Shown here one piece after another: positions 54,140 through 64,000 of a stretch of 64,000 nucleotides of DNA; positions within the stretch are counted from its first letter, which is position 1, and every line of letters begins with the position of its first letter. This DNA comes from Escherichia phage finno: the sequence record MN850619.1; one strand, 5' to 3'. The position numbers were made by a program, and so were the translations under genes. The notes under the pieces are model-generated. The model did not search any database. It saw only the letters and a program-made list of their open reading frames with translations, and was not told the DNA's origin.

Positions 54140-54378
54140 TACATTTTTCCTGCTCTTCTAAGTTCGTTGTAAGCAATTTCCTCTTTATACGACCTCTGAA
54201 TCTCAAGAAATTGTCTCAATGATAATAAATCAGAGAATGTCATAGCAAAGAGTTGGTCAAGTGTTTCTTTACACCCTTCCATACCATAAATAGCAAGCAC
54301 AAATTTCATCTCGTCTGCTTCTTCATAGGTTGCCTCTACAGCAGCATCAGTTAGTGGTGTCTGTAGAGTGTTACCCAT
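54139..54378 (-). CDS. tail assembly chaperone, distal ORF
   Basis: 79 aa ORF between tube and tape measure. Confidence 0.4.
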
Positions 54379-54380
54379 GT

Positions 54381-54779
54381 TTACTGAGAAGTTAGGCTTT
54401 TGAAAATGCTTGCTTCGAAAAAACTTCCGAAGTTTGCCTCCAGCGCAAATGCTAAGTAATCAATGAACTCACCATAGTTTGCTTGGAAGTACGTATCAAT
54501 ATTAAGTGGGAAGTCATCAACAGTTGCCCCTTGAAATAACAAGGTTGCCATCTCTTCAAGGTTAATCTCTTCAATTCTGTCAAAACAAGCTTCAACAAGT
54601 TCTTTAAATGGAACCATCGGAGCTTCCTTCTTACCCTTGTCAGTCAGACTTGACAGCATCTGTGCAAATGTTGGAACAACAATTTTACCCAACTTCATAG
54701 ACATCTTAATACCATCTCTTGCCCCAAGCAGGATGATATTTACTTTCTTACCATTAATTACTCTAGATTCTGTTTTCAT
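54381..54779 (-). CDS. tail assembly chaperone, proximal ORF
   Basis: 132 aa ORF. Confidence 0.45.
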   Translation of the reverse strand: MKTESRVINGKKVNIILLGARDGIKMSMKLGKIVVPTFAQMLSSLTDKGKKEAPMVPFKELVEACFDRIEEINLEEMATLLFQGATVDDFPLNIDTYFQANYGEFIDYLAFALEANFGSFFEASIFKSLTSQ

Positions 54780-54852
54780 TGTGATTCCTTAATACTTTTA
54801 AAAGAAACAAAAAAGGGGAAGACCTTTTAAAGTCTCCCCCTTATAGGATTTA

Positions 54853-55299
54853 TTAAACACTTGACGCTGGAATTGTAGAAGTGTAATCTAGCTTCTCACA
54901 ACCAAAAATCCAAGTTTTAGAGTTCTGGTCACGACCAAGTTCAATCTGTGGTAACTCCTGCAACCAAGCGTTAATACCAGTTGCCAGAACAGAGCCTGAT
55001 GGGTCGTAGATTACGAAGTTAGAAGAGATATCTTCTTCAAGTTCCATATTGTCTTGTTTAGCTTGAATTGCAGAAAGCATCTGGTTAGAGAGAGAAGTCT
55101 GCATTAACTCAATCTCAATAGTACCTGTCTTGTCTGCATTTCGTGTCAGAGCAACCTGACCACCTGCACCAACAACTGGTGTCACAAGTGGTGATGTTCT
55201 CTGTAGACGCAAGAATGAGTCTGGAGCAAAGCCTTCAATAGCAATGCCGTTCCAGCTACATACAACGTCTTTAGGGGAATATTGCTGATACATAGCCAT
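54853..55299 (-). CDS. tail tube protein
   Basis: 148 aa ORF immediately downstream of sheath gene. Confidence 0.55.
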   Translation of the reverse strand: MAMYQQYSPKDVVCSWNGIAIEGFAPDSFLRLQRTSPLVTPVVGAGGQVALTRNADKTGTIEIELMQTSLSNQMLSAIQAKQDNMELEEDISSNFVIYDPSGSVLATGINAWLQELPQIELGRDQNSKTWIFGCEKLDYTSTIPASSV

Positions 55300-55314
55300 T
55301 CCAATTTACCTCTA

Positions 55315-56667
55315 TTATTCGTAAGCCACTGTACCTTTCAAGTCAACATCCAAGATAGCCCCTGCTAAGATACCTGCGAAGGTAACATCTTTCAGGATAC
55401 GAGCTTTCTTGTCTGCTAAAGCAACTTGAGAGGCTTTAGGAACATTAACTGTGTAAGATGACAGGAAGTTTCTGTTGACTGCTCTTTGCAGAGAGGTTTC
55501 AATGACTTGACGAATACGGGTAATACCAGTATCATCATAAGTAATCTTACCACCCTTCTGGTTAATTAGCAAGTCTCTCAGAGAAGTTTTCAGGTCTGAT
55601 TCCAACCAGTCAACACCACGGACGATATCAATCCATTCCCCACCAGAAGTAATCCCTCTACGAACCACTGGAACACCACCATCAAGGTCAATAAAGTTAC
55701 AGTGACGTACATCTAAAGCAGACTTCTGAATACTTGTCAGAGGTCTCTGATTAGATGGTTGTAGAGAAGCTGCTACACCAGTTAGCTGAGCATTACCCCA
55801 AGCAATTGAACCTGCATCATATGGAGCACCATAAGCAATGTATGCCATCTCTGGGTAATCTTCTGCTGCTGCGTGATGCCACAAGCAAACTGTACGAGTG
55901 TACATATTCTTAGCAAGCTGTGCTGGAACATCATTTGCACTGGCTAATTCTGTACCTTGCAGGGCTGTTACATCGGAGTTAGCTGTAAAGAAGATTTTCT
56001 TACGAGCCTGAATCTCAGAAGCCATTGCTAAGACAAACTGTTGAGTTCTGTCTTCTGCTGCAATGAAATACCAGTCAGTAGAGTAAGCTTCGATAGCTGC
56101 CAGAGCAGTTGCTGCTGTATCAGCAGTTGTACTTGCAATATATACAGTCTGTGCTGTGGTTGTTACTTTCACAAAGTCATTATCACCAGCTTTGGTAATA
56201 ATCATTGTGGCAGAGCCATTGCTACCAGTTACATTCACAGAAACCTTATCTTTGATTGTTGGGTCAGCTTCAATCTGTGTTTTAAACTGTTGCAACACTA
56301 CCTCAGCAGTGTCTGAATCTTGTGCTGTGTACTGGTATGGTTGAGAAATTCCACCACCAACAGCTACAGTAATTGAGTAGTCTGTACTTTCGGTAACGGC
56401 ATCAGGAATTGATACAGTGTACTGCATAGCGCGTCTACCGATATAAAGCTGAGTTACTTTAGGAGTCTGACTCCAAAGTTGTTTAGCAGCCTTATATGCA
56501 GCAGTATTCTCATCGAAATCTTCAGCAACTTCAGTTAAGGAAGTGTAACCACGTACTCTTTCTTCAAAGTTATCTGTTGAAGCTAAGAATAGTGGCAAAC
56601 CAAAACCTTCTCTTGTAGTTCCTGCGGTGTTCAATGTAATATCTACATTAACAATTGGATTCCACAT
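55315..56667 (-). CDS. tail sheath protein
   Basis: 450 aa ORF in sheath position of a contractile-tail module. Confidence 0.6.
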   Translation of the reverse strand: MWNPIVNVDITLNTAGTTREGFGLPLFLASTDNFEERVRGYTSLTEVAEDFDENTAAYKAAKQLWSQTPKVTQLYIGRRAMQYTVSIPDAVTESTDYSITVAVGGGISQPYQYTAQDSDTAEVVLQQFKTQIEADPTIKDKVSVNVTGSNGSATMIITKAGDNDFVKVTTTAQTVYIASTTADTAATALAAIEAYSTDWYFIAAEDRTQQFVLAMASEIQARKKIFFTANSDVTALQGTELASANDVPAQLAKNMYTRTVCLWHHAAAEDYPEMAYIAYGAPYDAGSIAWGNAQLTGVAASLQPSNQRPLTSIQKSALDVRHCNFIDLDGGVPVVRRGITSGGEWIDIVRGVDWLESDLKTSLRDLLINQKGGKITYDDTGITRIRQVIETSLQRAVNRNFLSSYTVNVPKASQVALADKKARILKDVTFAGILAGAILDVDLKGTVAYE

Positions 56668-57267
56668 TTATTTTACCCCTTTGGAGTCTACATCTAGATG
56701 GATAGTATATTCTGGTGGCTCTTGTCCTTCTTCATAAACCAACTCACCATCAACAATGACACGCTCAATAATACTTCCACGTTCATCCTTCAGGACTGAG
56801 TTTTTTACAAGAGTTACAACAAGAGGTGCAGAATTTTCGAAATCTGTATTGAGATAAGTATAGTCATTCGGGATAGCTCCAGTGTCTAGTACTGTAGCTC
56901 CTGTTTCTCCAAGGATTAAATCTCTGACTGAACTCATCTCTAATCGTTGTTTAAGCTCAAGCATAATACTGTGAGCACCTTTACCATTCACCGTAATTAA
57001 TACTGGAATCTGAAAAGCAATTCTGTAGCAAACTACATCATCCTCAACAAATTTATCAAGAACCCAACCATAAGGTGTTGCAGCATCTTGACAATATACG
57101 GTAATAAATGGCTGGTCAGGTTTTAAACCTTTGTCATTTGAGTTATCAGAAGGGTAAGCTCTAATTACATTCGGTCTATTATTTTTATCACGAGCTAGTC
57201 TGTGACCAATAACATCCACTAAGGTTCTAACTAGACCTTTTTCAAGTTCTGCTGTTTCTAACTGCAT
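56668..57267 (-). CDS. head-tail joining / tail completion protein
   Basis: 199 aa; position between capsid and sheath genes. Confidence 0.35.
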   Translation of the reverse strand: MQLETAELEKGLVRTLVDVIGHRLARDKNNRPNVIRAYPSDNSNDKGLKPDQPFITVYCQDAATPYGWVLDKFVEDDVVCYRIAFQIPVLITVNGKGAHSIMLELKQRLEMSSVRDLILGETGATVLDTGAIPNDYTYLNTDFENSAPLVVTLVKNSVLKDERGSIIERVIVDGELVYEEGQEPPEYTIHLDVDSKGVK

Positions 57268-57643
57268 TCATTTTATCCCTTCTAATAATGATATATTCAT
57301 AATGGGATGTATGGGCTAATTGCTGTGACCAATCCATAGTCATAAATACTTCATACTCATGACCATCAATCATAACAATATCAGACTCATTCCACTCTAC
57401 ATCATCTGAAGTTCTAAGTTTATATGTAGTATACAGGATTCTTGTATCGGTAAGTCTGATACCTTCCGGTAAAGCAATCTGTGTACCATTCTTTACAGAA
57501 CCTTTGATATATGGCTGGATATTACCTTTACAGTTAACCTCTACAATATCTTGTGAAGCTACCCAATCACCATCATCATTGTAATAACCGTCTTCAGAGA
57601 CTTTACGCTTTACTACAAAGCTGTGTCTGTTTAAGAGTCTCAT
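57242..57643 (-). CDS. head-tail joining protein
   Basis: 133 aa. Confidence 0.35.
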   Translation of the reverse strand: MRLLNRHSFVVKRKVSEDGYYNDDGDWVASQDIVEVNCKGNIQPYIKGSVKNGTQIALPEGIRLTDTRILYTTYKLRTSDDVEWNESDIVMIDGHEYEVFMTMDWSQQLAHTSHYEYIIIRRDKMNAVRNSRT

Positions 57644-58122
57644 TTCTTAATACCCTTCTTAGTAGAAATTTTATAAGCAAGGTTATCTCTTAAGTCACCT
57701 GTCTCAACAAGAGGTGCATTAAAGCCTTTTTTCTTGACTGTGGAAGGTGCGTTAGGAGGGAGGATAGCAGAGTTACCAAAACCTCTTTTAATTGCCTTTT
57801 GAGCATTCTTTGCAAATGCTTCTAAGGTATTTGAAGGGTCTGTATTGAGACTGCTAAGTTGCTTATATAGATTCTTCTTAGTCTGCTCTAACAAGGTCTG
57901 TTTGTTTAGCATCATAGTGATTTCAAACAACCTACGATATACTTTACCAGAAGCTGAAGGAACACCAATAACTTCTTGTAAATACATTAAAGCAGGATAA
58001 GAAAAACCAGAGCTATGTTGACCTTGTTCTTGAAAATACCCAACTTGAGCATTAGCCGTTTGCAAGTTCTTCATAGCCCCGACTAATTTTGCTCTAGCGG
58101 GGTGAATAACCCTTTTAACCAT
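57640..58122 (-). CDS. head-tail joining protein
   Basis: 160 aa. Confidence 0.35.
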   Translation of the reverse strand: MVKRVIHPARAKLVGAMKNLQTANAQVGYFQEQGQHSSGFSYPALMYLQEVIGVPSASGKVYRRLFEITMMLNKQTLLEQTKKNLYKQLSSLNTDPSNTLEAFAKNAQKAIKRGFGNSAILPPNAPSTVKKKGFNAPLVETGDLRDNLAYKISTKKGIKK

Positions 58123-58571
58123 TATTCATCTCGCTCGATAATAAATACGCCATTAACACGGTTGCAGTAATCTCTGCCTTCGTATCTGGCAGCATCACCA
58201 TATTCTGTGTATTTCTTGACAGAGCAAGGATTCTGACGACGCATGTCAATATCACACTGATTAATACCACCTGCATAGGGTAGTCCTGAAACAGAGCTTT
58301 TAACAAGGCCATCATAAACAGCTTTCAGAGATTTGAATCTGGAAGAGTTACGTAAATAAACACCACCAACCTTCTCATCTCCCATCTTGGCTACTTGAAA
58401 GAGTAAATATTTAAGAGCTTTGATGGCTGCTTTCTTTTCATCCTTTCCAGATTCTAGATAGAACCACTCTAGCACAGACTGCTCAATAAGAATTTCATCA
58501 TTATTAGTGTCTGTGCAGAGGATTCTTACTCTATCAAGAGGGTTATTGGCTGGGTCGCCTGTATAACACAT
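58122..58571 (-). CDS. head-tail connector/adaptor protein
   Basis: 149 aa. Confidence 0.35.
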   Translation of the reverse strand: MCYTGDPANNPLDRVRILCTDTNNDEILIEQSVLEWFYLESGKDEKKAAIKALKYLLFQVAKMGDEKVGGVYLRNSSRFKSLKAVYDGLVKSSVSGLPYAGGINQCDIDMRRQNPCSVKKYTEYGDAARYEGRDYCNRVNGVFIIERDE

Positions 58572-58592
58572 TCATAACCCTCCTTAAGAATA

Positions 58593-59699
58593 TTATTCGC
58601 CTTCAGCGTCAGCGCGAACATCTACCAGCAACTGAGGACGAGTACAGTATGGCAGCATGTAAGAGTGAGCTTCGAAGTCAATACCCTCGTCACGGTCTTT
58701 TTCGTATTCGAATACGTACAGTTCCTGACCAAGTGTATTTGCGTAACCCATCTTAGGACATGGACCATATGCAACTTCGAAGATGTTGTTAGCTTCACCA
58801 AGCATAGATACGTTAGGGAAAGCATGACCCACACCAACAGTATCTGCTACGCTATCAATGCTCACCAGAGTGTGAACCTTACCACGCTTGTCTTTGAACT
58901 TACCGTTGTACTGGACAAACTTAACACCACCGTAGTAGAAAGTGTTCATATGAGCCTGAACGCCGTCAGCACCACCAGTTCTCAGAGAACCAGTAATCTG
59001 TTGCCAAGCCAGTGGAGTCTGCTGTGCAAGATAAGCGTCACGAATCTTAGGATGCTTAGTTAGTTTGCTGAAGAATACACGGTCAACAACTACGTGAATT
59101 TCTTCACCGTTGATTACAGTGCCAGTCTTAGCTTCGTCTTCCATGTGCATACGCAGTTCTTCAATAGAAGCGTCGATGTCAGCATTAGGATTGTCGAGGT
59201 CGAAGTAAATAGTCTTCTTCTCAACGTCGAACTGCTTGTACAGGTCAGCGTACAGAGTACCACGAGCATCAACAACTTTACCCTTCAGAGCTTGCATAAA
59301 CAGGAACTCACGAGTAATATCGAACTTGGTACGAATCTTCATCAGCTTCTTAGCACGTACTACAGCTTCAGTAGTCAGTTCGTTTGCAGTTCCTGGCTGA
59401 CGTACACCCTGAATCTCATCAGGAGTAATGCTTTCAACTTCTTTGAAGTACATCATTGGGAAGCTGATTTGACGAACACGCTCAGGTGCGCTAGTCTCTG
59501 CTTTACGGCTATCACGGTCTACCGCATCAAGCAAGCTAACATCCCAATCAGTCAAGTCCATAAGGAAAGTAGTTTGGGTGATTGGTGCTGAACGGAACAG
59601 ACCTAAGTTGGAAATATACCCATAAGTATTTGGGATAGACTGGACTTCACCAGTCAGGTCAGCAAGGAAAAATCTGCTTTTTTCAGAATTAGTCAACAT
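58593..59699 (-). CDS. major capsid protein
   Basis: 368 aa ORF downstream of protease/scaffold and decoration-like gene. Confidence 0.7.
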   Translation of the reverse strand: MLTNSEKSRFFLADLTGEVQSIPNTYGYISNLGLFRSAPITQTTFLMDLTDWDVSLLDAVDRDSRKAETSAPERVRQISFPMMYFKEVESITPDEIQGVRQPGTANELTTEAVVRAKKLMKIRTKFDITREFLFMQALKGKVVDARGTLYADLYKQFDVEKKTIYFDLDNPNADIDASIEELRMHMEDEAKTGTVINGEEIHVVVDRVFFSKLTKHPKIRDAYLAQQTPLAWQQITGSLRTGGADGVQAHMNTFYYGGVKFVQYNGKFKDKRGKVHTLVSIDSVADTVGVGHAFPNVSMLGEANNIFEVAYGPCPKMGYANTLGQELYVFEYEKDRDEGIDFEAHSYMLPYCTRPQLLVDVRADAEGE

Positions 59700-59732
59700 T
59701 GTAAAATTCTCCAGAATGTCTTATTATTGTTA

Positions 59733-60110
59733 TTACAGGCCAGTTGGTACGAAATCAATACCTTTAGCGGCTAGAGCTGCCTTGACTGCATCAGCATCAA
59801 CGCTTGATTCAAGAGTCAGCATGTCTTTCAGTTCTGCATCACGGTGGATACCAACAACTTTCAACTGACCATGATAAGACAGTTGCAGGTCTGCATAAAA
59901 GTTAACGATACATACTGAATCAGCCTGAGCTTCTTGTCCTGCTGTAACCTTAGTACCATCTGCTTTCAGAACTTCACCTACACGGTATTCTGTTGAAGCA
60001 ACCGGAGTGTACTCTTTGCGAGAGTGGCCTGTTGGGGTAATCTGTTCCCAAAGAATGATATCATTCAGAGGTTCTCTGTTACCTAACTTAGTAAAACCTT
60101 GATATGCCAT
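59733..60110 (-). CDS. putative head decoration protein
   Basis: 125 aa ORF between protease/scaffold and capsid genes. Confidence 0.4.
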   Translation of the reverse strand: MAYQGFTKLGNREPLNDIILWEQITPTGHSRKEYTPVASTEYRVGEVLKADGTKVTAGQEAQADSVCIVNFYADLQLSYHGQLKVVGIHRDAELKDMLTLESSVDADAVKAALAAKGIDFVPTGL

Positions 60111-60121
60111 TATTGTGTTCC

Positions 60122-61468
60122 TTATTTGATAAGAGATTTTAGAGCATTCTGGAGAGCCAGTTTGCGTTGTTCAGCGGTGTCTTCGGAAGCATTCTTAGCT
60201 GGTTCTTTTTCTTCTTCAACCAAATCAGCTTCGCCGTCATTACCCACTTCTTCCATAGCGTTGGAATGTTCAAGAACAGCACCAGCAGTTTCTTTCAGCT
60301 TGGTAATTTCTGATTCTTTTTCTTCCATTGCAGAAGCATGGGACGCGATAGTTTCATTAAGTTTCTGGTTAGCACCTTCCATAGCATTCATAAACAGAAC
60401 GCTCAGAGGGTTATCAAGACCAGCACCTAAAATAGCCGTTGCAGCTTCTTTTGCATCAAACCCAAAAGCTTCAGCAGAAGCAGAAATCTTATTAGTCAAA
60501 TCTGACAAAGCAGCTTCCTGTTCTTTAGCTTTCATTTGAGCAACCTGAAGACGCAAAGCTTCTAGTTCTTGCTTTTCTTGTTCAGTCATTTCTTCACCTG
60601 AATTGTTAACGTTTAAACTTACAGGAGCCTCTTCAGAACCTTGTAAGTAATTTAAGAAATCATCTTGAGACATGATTGAGTTAATTAAACCAAGTTCAAG
60701 AGCTTCCTGAGCAGAATAAACATTCGCCTCAGTATTCTTTACAGCTTCTTCAGAGAGATTACGAGATTCGGCTACAAAACCTGTAAAGGTTGCGTAGGTG
60801 TCATTAATTCTCTTTTGAAGTCTTTCTTTGCTTTCTTCTGAAAGTGCTTGGAATGGTGAACCCATACCTTTAAACTCACCAGCTTTGATGACGTTAATTG
60901 TCACGCCATTCTTTTCAAATGCTTTAGTTAATTCCTGATGAACCATAATTACACCAATAGAACCAACATCTGCATCTGGTGATGCAATAATTTCTTCAGC
61001 AGAAGATGCAAGAGCGTATGCAGCGGAACAAGCGAACTCATCTACATAAGCGATAATTTTCTTTTGGCCTCTTGAAGCCATAATGTGACGTGCTAATTCA
61101 AAGCAACCTGAAGCTTCACCACCACCAGAATCAATGTGCAGAACAATAGTCTTGATTGACTCATCTGCTAAAGCTTCGTCAAAGCCTCTACGCAAACCTT
61201 CATAAGAGCTTAATCCACCTGTACACATTGCATCAATGAATGTCATACGATGGGTTAAACCACCCATAATAGGGATAATAGCAATGTCATCTTTTACTTT
61301 TAAAAGACTTCTTGCTTCACCTTTGGGTTTATCAAAGTTTACTGCTGCTTGGACATCACCCAGCAATCTGTTATTCACATAAGTTGCTGCTGAGTGAGCT
61401 AATGATTCAGTGGCTAGTAAAGGTTGGTTGAATAATCTATCAGCAAGTCTGAAGATATTCGAACTCAT
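60122..61468 (-). CDS. prohead protease (S49/ClpP-like) fused to scaffolding-like domain
   Basis: SGGGEASG...FACSAAYALASSA resembles SppA/S49 serine protease core; C-terminal half is coiled-coil rich. Confidence 0.7.
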   Translation of the reverse strand: MSSNIFRLADRLFNQPLLATESLAHSAATYVNNRLLGDVQAAVNFDKPKGEARSLLKVKDDIAIIPIMGGLTHRMTFIDAMCTGGLSSYEGLRRGFDEALADESIKTIVLHIDSGGGEASGCFELARHIMASRGQKKIIAYVDEFACSAAYALASSAEEIIASPDADVGSIGVIMVHQELTKAFEKNGVTINVIKAGEFKGMGSPFQALSEESKERLQKRINDTYATFTGFVAESRNLSEEAVKNTEANVYSAQEALELGLINSIMSQDDFLNYLQGSEEAPVSLNVNNSGEEMTEQEKQELEALRLQVAQMKAKEQEAALSDLTNKISASAEAFGFDAKEAATAILGAGLDNPLSVLFMNAMEGANQKLNETIASHASAMEEKESEITKLKETAGAVLEHSNAMEEVGNDGEADLVEEEKEPAKNASEDTAEQRKLALQNALKSLIK

Positions 61469-61479
61469 TTTTACTCACC

Positions 61480-61812
61480 CTATTTGTTTAAATCTACAGA
61501 GACTGAAGAGATAACATAGATACCTTCTTCAGCAAAGAATTGAGGTTTGCTAAGAGCACCAGTTGCCACGCATTTATCGTTAGCATCCCACAAGCTATAG
61601 TGTGAGACCGTTGCAGAAGCTGGGACAGTAATATTAACTGTGTCTTCTGAGGCAATTAAGCCATTATCCGGTTCAGAAAAATAAATAGCCACTGGCTGAG
61701 TAACCTTATTTGCTGTAGGGTCTGCCGTTGGGTCTACATTGTGTAAAATAATAGTCGTTGGGGTTAGCGTGGCGAGGATTTTATTCTTACCATCAATAGT
61801 TAATGTTCCCAT
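61480..61812 (-). CDS. hypothetical structural protein
   Basis: 110 aa. Confidence 0.5.
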   Translation of the reverse strand: MGTLTIDGKNKILATLTPTTIILHNVDPTADPTANKVTQPVAIYFSEPDNGLIASEDTVNITVPASATVSHYSLWDANDKCVATGALSKPQFFAEEGIYVISSVSVDLNK

Positions 61813-62312
61813 TAATTAAACCTTACTTTTTGTTTAAGGACTGTTGAATGGTTACCAGATTCATCTACCACATTTACAATCATATCATATACTTTACCTT
61901 TGACAAGTACTTTGTAATCATTTTGTGAAAAAATGTACTCAAGTCTGTTTGTTTCTTTATTAACTGTCATTGGAGATTGAAATGCAGTGTCGAGGGTAAT
62001 GAAAGCGGCTTCAATGCTATTAACATTGATACGTTTATTCTCGCAGTTATATAACTTTACACCCAAAAGGCATGAACTGTCAAATGGAATTTTAACAATT
62101 TCACTACAATTTCCTGAAATAAACGGTTTTCCACTCATTGGTGCATCAAGTAACCTGCAAATAGTGAAAACGTCAGAGGTTCCACCATCGCTTACATAAC
62201 CTGAAAGGCTGACCCTTGAGCCAGCCTCTACAGATAACTTGTCAGTAATGATAAGAACACCTCTATACGAATGCACCCGTGTAGCATTTGAAATAGAGAT
62301 AACTTCAGCCAT
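61812..62312 (-). CDS. hypothetical structural protein
   Basis: 166 aa. Confidence 0.5.
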   Translation of the reverse strand: MAEVISISNATRVHSYRGVLIITDKLSVEAGSRVSLSGYVSDGGTSDVFTICRLLDAPMSGKPFISGNCSEIVKIPFDSSCLLGVKLYNCENKRINVNSIEAAFITLDTAFQSPMTVNKETNRLEYIFSQNDYKVLVKGKVYDMIVNVVDESGNHSTVLKQKVRFN

Positions 62313-63787
62313 TATTTATTTGCCTTATTTGCTGTGCTTGGGTCTTTTGCTGAAGGTGTCTTTGCAGTACCTTCTCCAGCGGTCTTATAACCATCTCCTG
62401 AACGGCTTTGGCTATTTGGAGAAAGCTTTTCAGATACTGGTTGAGACTCATCAGCAGGAGGAAGACCAATATGCTCTCTAAGCTTGTTAGATAGCTCTTT
62501 GTCAACTTCCAAAGCACCTACTGCAACAGTCTTCTGAATATAAGAACCAATTGCTTCAAGGTCTGGAGTTTCGATATCATCATATGTGATTTGTACATGT
62601 TCTTCATCATCCCACATATTAAGAGCATAAGTCTGTGCAACTAAATCACGATTAATTACGTTCTTAATTTGCTTCAGCAGAATATCTACCGACATTGCTA
62701 GTAAGCTGGTCTTAGAATCTGCAAGAGAGAATGAACCGTATTTTGACTGACCCATAGCAAGAACATCTGACATAAATGCCATCATAATCTGCTTAGAATA
62801 TCTGTCAATAATAGAACCTGTATCATATGCTTTAGCACCCTGTCTAGAAACTAATGAGAACTCGAAAATATCCTCTTTAGTGTCTGGGTCGATATATCTA
62901 GGCCAGATTAAACCTGCTCTATCATTAGCAATCATATCGTTAACAACAGTTTTGCAGTATTGTACGAAAGCTTTCTTTTCAGGTTCTGCATTTTCATCCA
63001 GATAATCTGGTGGTAAACCAATTTTTGGCATACCTACCAAGTCTCTTGAAACACCAACAGCTTCGTACTCTTCAATCTGAACTTTATACTTCCACGGCAC
63101 ATAGGCATTAAGTAATGGTGAACGACCTTCTGGGTTTCCATATTCATCATCATACTTAAACAGCATGAATTTAGCTCGTGGAAGTTTTCTTGTTAGTGGT
63201 CTTTCTCCAAGATTAATTGCTCCAGCAATATGTGAAACATTTCTCAGATTCTGTCTAACACCAGTAACTTTTCTAAAGTCTTCGTCAAAATACCACTTAT
63301 CAAGTGTTGATTGGTTTCTGATTGGTAATTTAGCCCATCCAATTAGACCATCATCAAATTTTGACTGGTACTTTCCTTTTTTACCCTGTCGCTTCTTATA
63401 AACTTTCTCGTTAACACAGAACCCATAAGTGCAGAATGACATTACAGAGTTAATAAAATCTGCCCAATCATGCTCCATGTCATCCATTAAAGAATTAAAG
63501 AAGTCTGCTCTTTCAAGCATTTTAGGGTCTTGCTCTTTTCCCTTTGGAGGTACAAATCTCCAGTTGACTTTTCTGACAAACATCTTAATAATATTTACAG
63601 ATGCTGCTACAGCAGGGTCACGCATCATTAATTGGAAAGTTTTAATACTTTCAGGGAACCTTAGTGCCTGACGAGGTTCTTCATAGATTCTTCCATTCTT
63701 AACCTTCAGACCCAAAGAACCTACTTCACCCATTCTAAATGGTGGTAAGCTTTCTTGTGTTTCTGTAATATCTGCCATTCTTCTCAC
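62312..63787 (-). CDS. portal protein
   Basis: 491 aa ORF directly downstream of terminase C-terminus. Confidence 0.65.
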   Translation of the reverse strand: MRRMADITETQESLPPFRMGEVGSLGLKVKNGRIYEEPRQALRFPESIKTFQLMMRDPAVAASVNIIKMFVRKVNWRFVPPKGKEQDPKMLERADFFNSLMDDMEHDWADFINSVMSFCTYGFCVNEKVYKKRQGKKGKYQSKFDDGLIGWAKLPIRNQSTLDKWYFDEDFRKVTGVRQNLRNVSHIAGAINLGERPLTRKLPRAKFMLFKYDDEYGNPEGRSPLLNAYVPWKYKVQIEEYEAVGVSRDLVGMPKIGLPPDYLDENAEPEKKAFVQYCKTVVNDMIANDRAGLIWPRYIDPDTKEDIFEFSLVSRQGAKAYDTGSIIDRYSKQIMMAFMSDVLAMGQSKYGSFSLADSKTSLLAMSVDILLKQIKNVINRDLVAQTYALNMWDDEEHVQITYDDIETPDLEAIGSYIQKTVAVGALEVDKELSNKLREHIGLPPADESQPVSEKLSPNSQSRSGDGYKTAGEGTAKTPSAKDPSTANKANK

Positions 63788-63794
63788 CTAGCTA

Positions 63795-64000
63795 TCAACG
63801 TCTAAGCCCCTCATATGGATTTCCTCTCACTAAGTCTGTGTGAGCACCCATTGATGGTGGCTTGAATAATTTAACTTCGTTAAGACTGTTGAAAGCATCA
63901 CTGGTAGCATCCACTTGGTCATCTTTAGTTTTGCCATCACCACAAAAGCCTTCAAGCTCTTGGAAATAAGCTTCATTCCAACTACCTCTCAAAACTTTTA
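63795..64000 (-). CDS. terminase large subunit, C-terminal part (gene runs off window end)
   Basis: KDDQVDATSDAF resembles the terminase nuclease-domain acidic motif; frame stays open to the window edge. Confidence 0.55.
   Translation of the reverse strand, partial: KVLRGSWNEAYFQELEGFCGDGKTKDDQVDATSDAFNSLNEVKLFKPPSMGAHTDLVRGNPYEGLRR

Overview
This window reads as a large contiguous piece of a virulent, AT-rich myovirus genome; the gene content suggests a Felix O1-like (Ounavirinae-type) enterobacterial phage, but that is inference from gene content, not a database hit. All calls come from reading the six-frame ORF track and the sequence by eye; no BLAST, HMM or structure search was run. The window has three transcription blocks. 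(1) Positions 1-32453, minus strand: early and replication genes, including a macro-domain protein, rIIA/rIIB-like proteins, an NAD+ salvage pair (NAMPT + PRPP synthetase), four tandem paralogous genes, HNH and GIY-YIG endonucleases, anaerobic and aerobic ribonucleotide reductases with a glutaredoxin, 5'-3' exonuclease, SSB candidate, primase-helicase and dNMP kinase. (2) Positions 32711-41709, plus strand: family A DNA polymerase, small genes, ATP-dependent ligase, DHFR and thymidylate synthase. (3) Positions 41748-64000, minus strand: late structural module from terminase C-terminus through portal, protease/scaffold, capsid, sheath, tube, tape measure, baseplate and two His-box tail fibers. 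No tRNA, rRNA, CRISPR array, integrase or transposase was recognised. The most interesting candidates for undescribed biology are the four-gene alternating paralog array (12834-14560) next to the NAD+ salvage genes, the macro-domain protein (1850-2629), the repeated promoter/stem-loop cassettes, and an iteron-bearing non-coding region (1368-1849).
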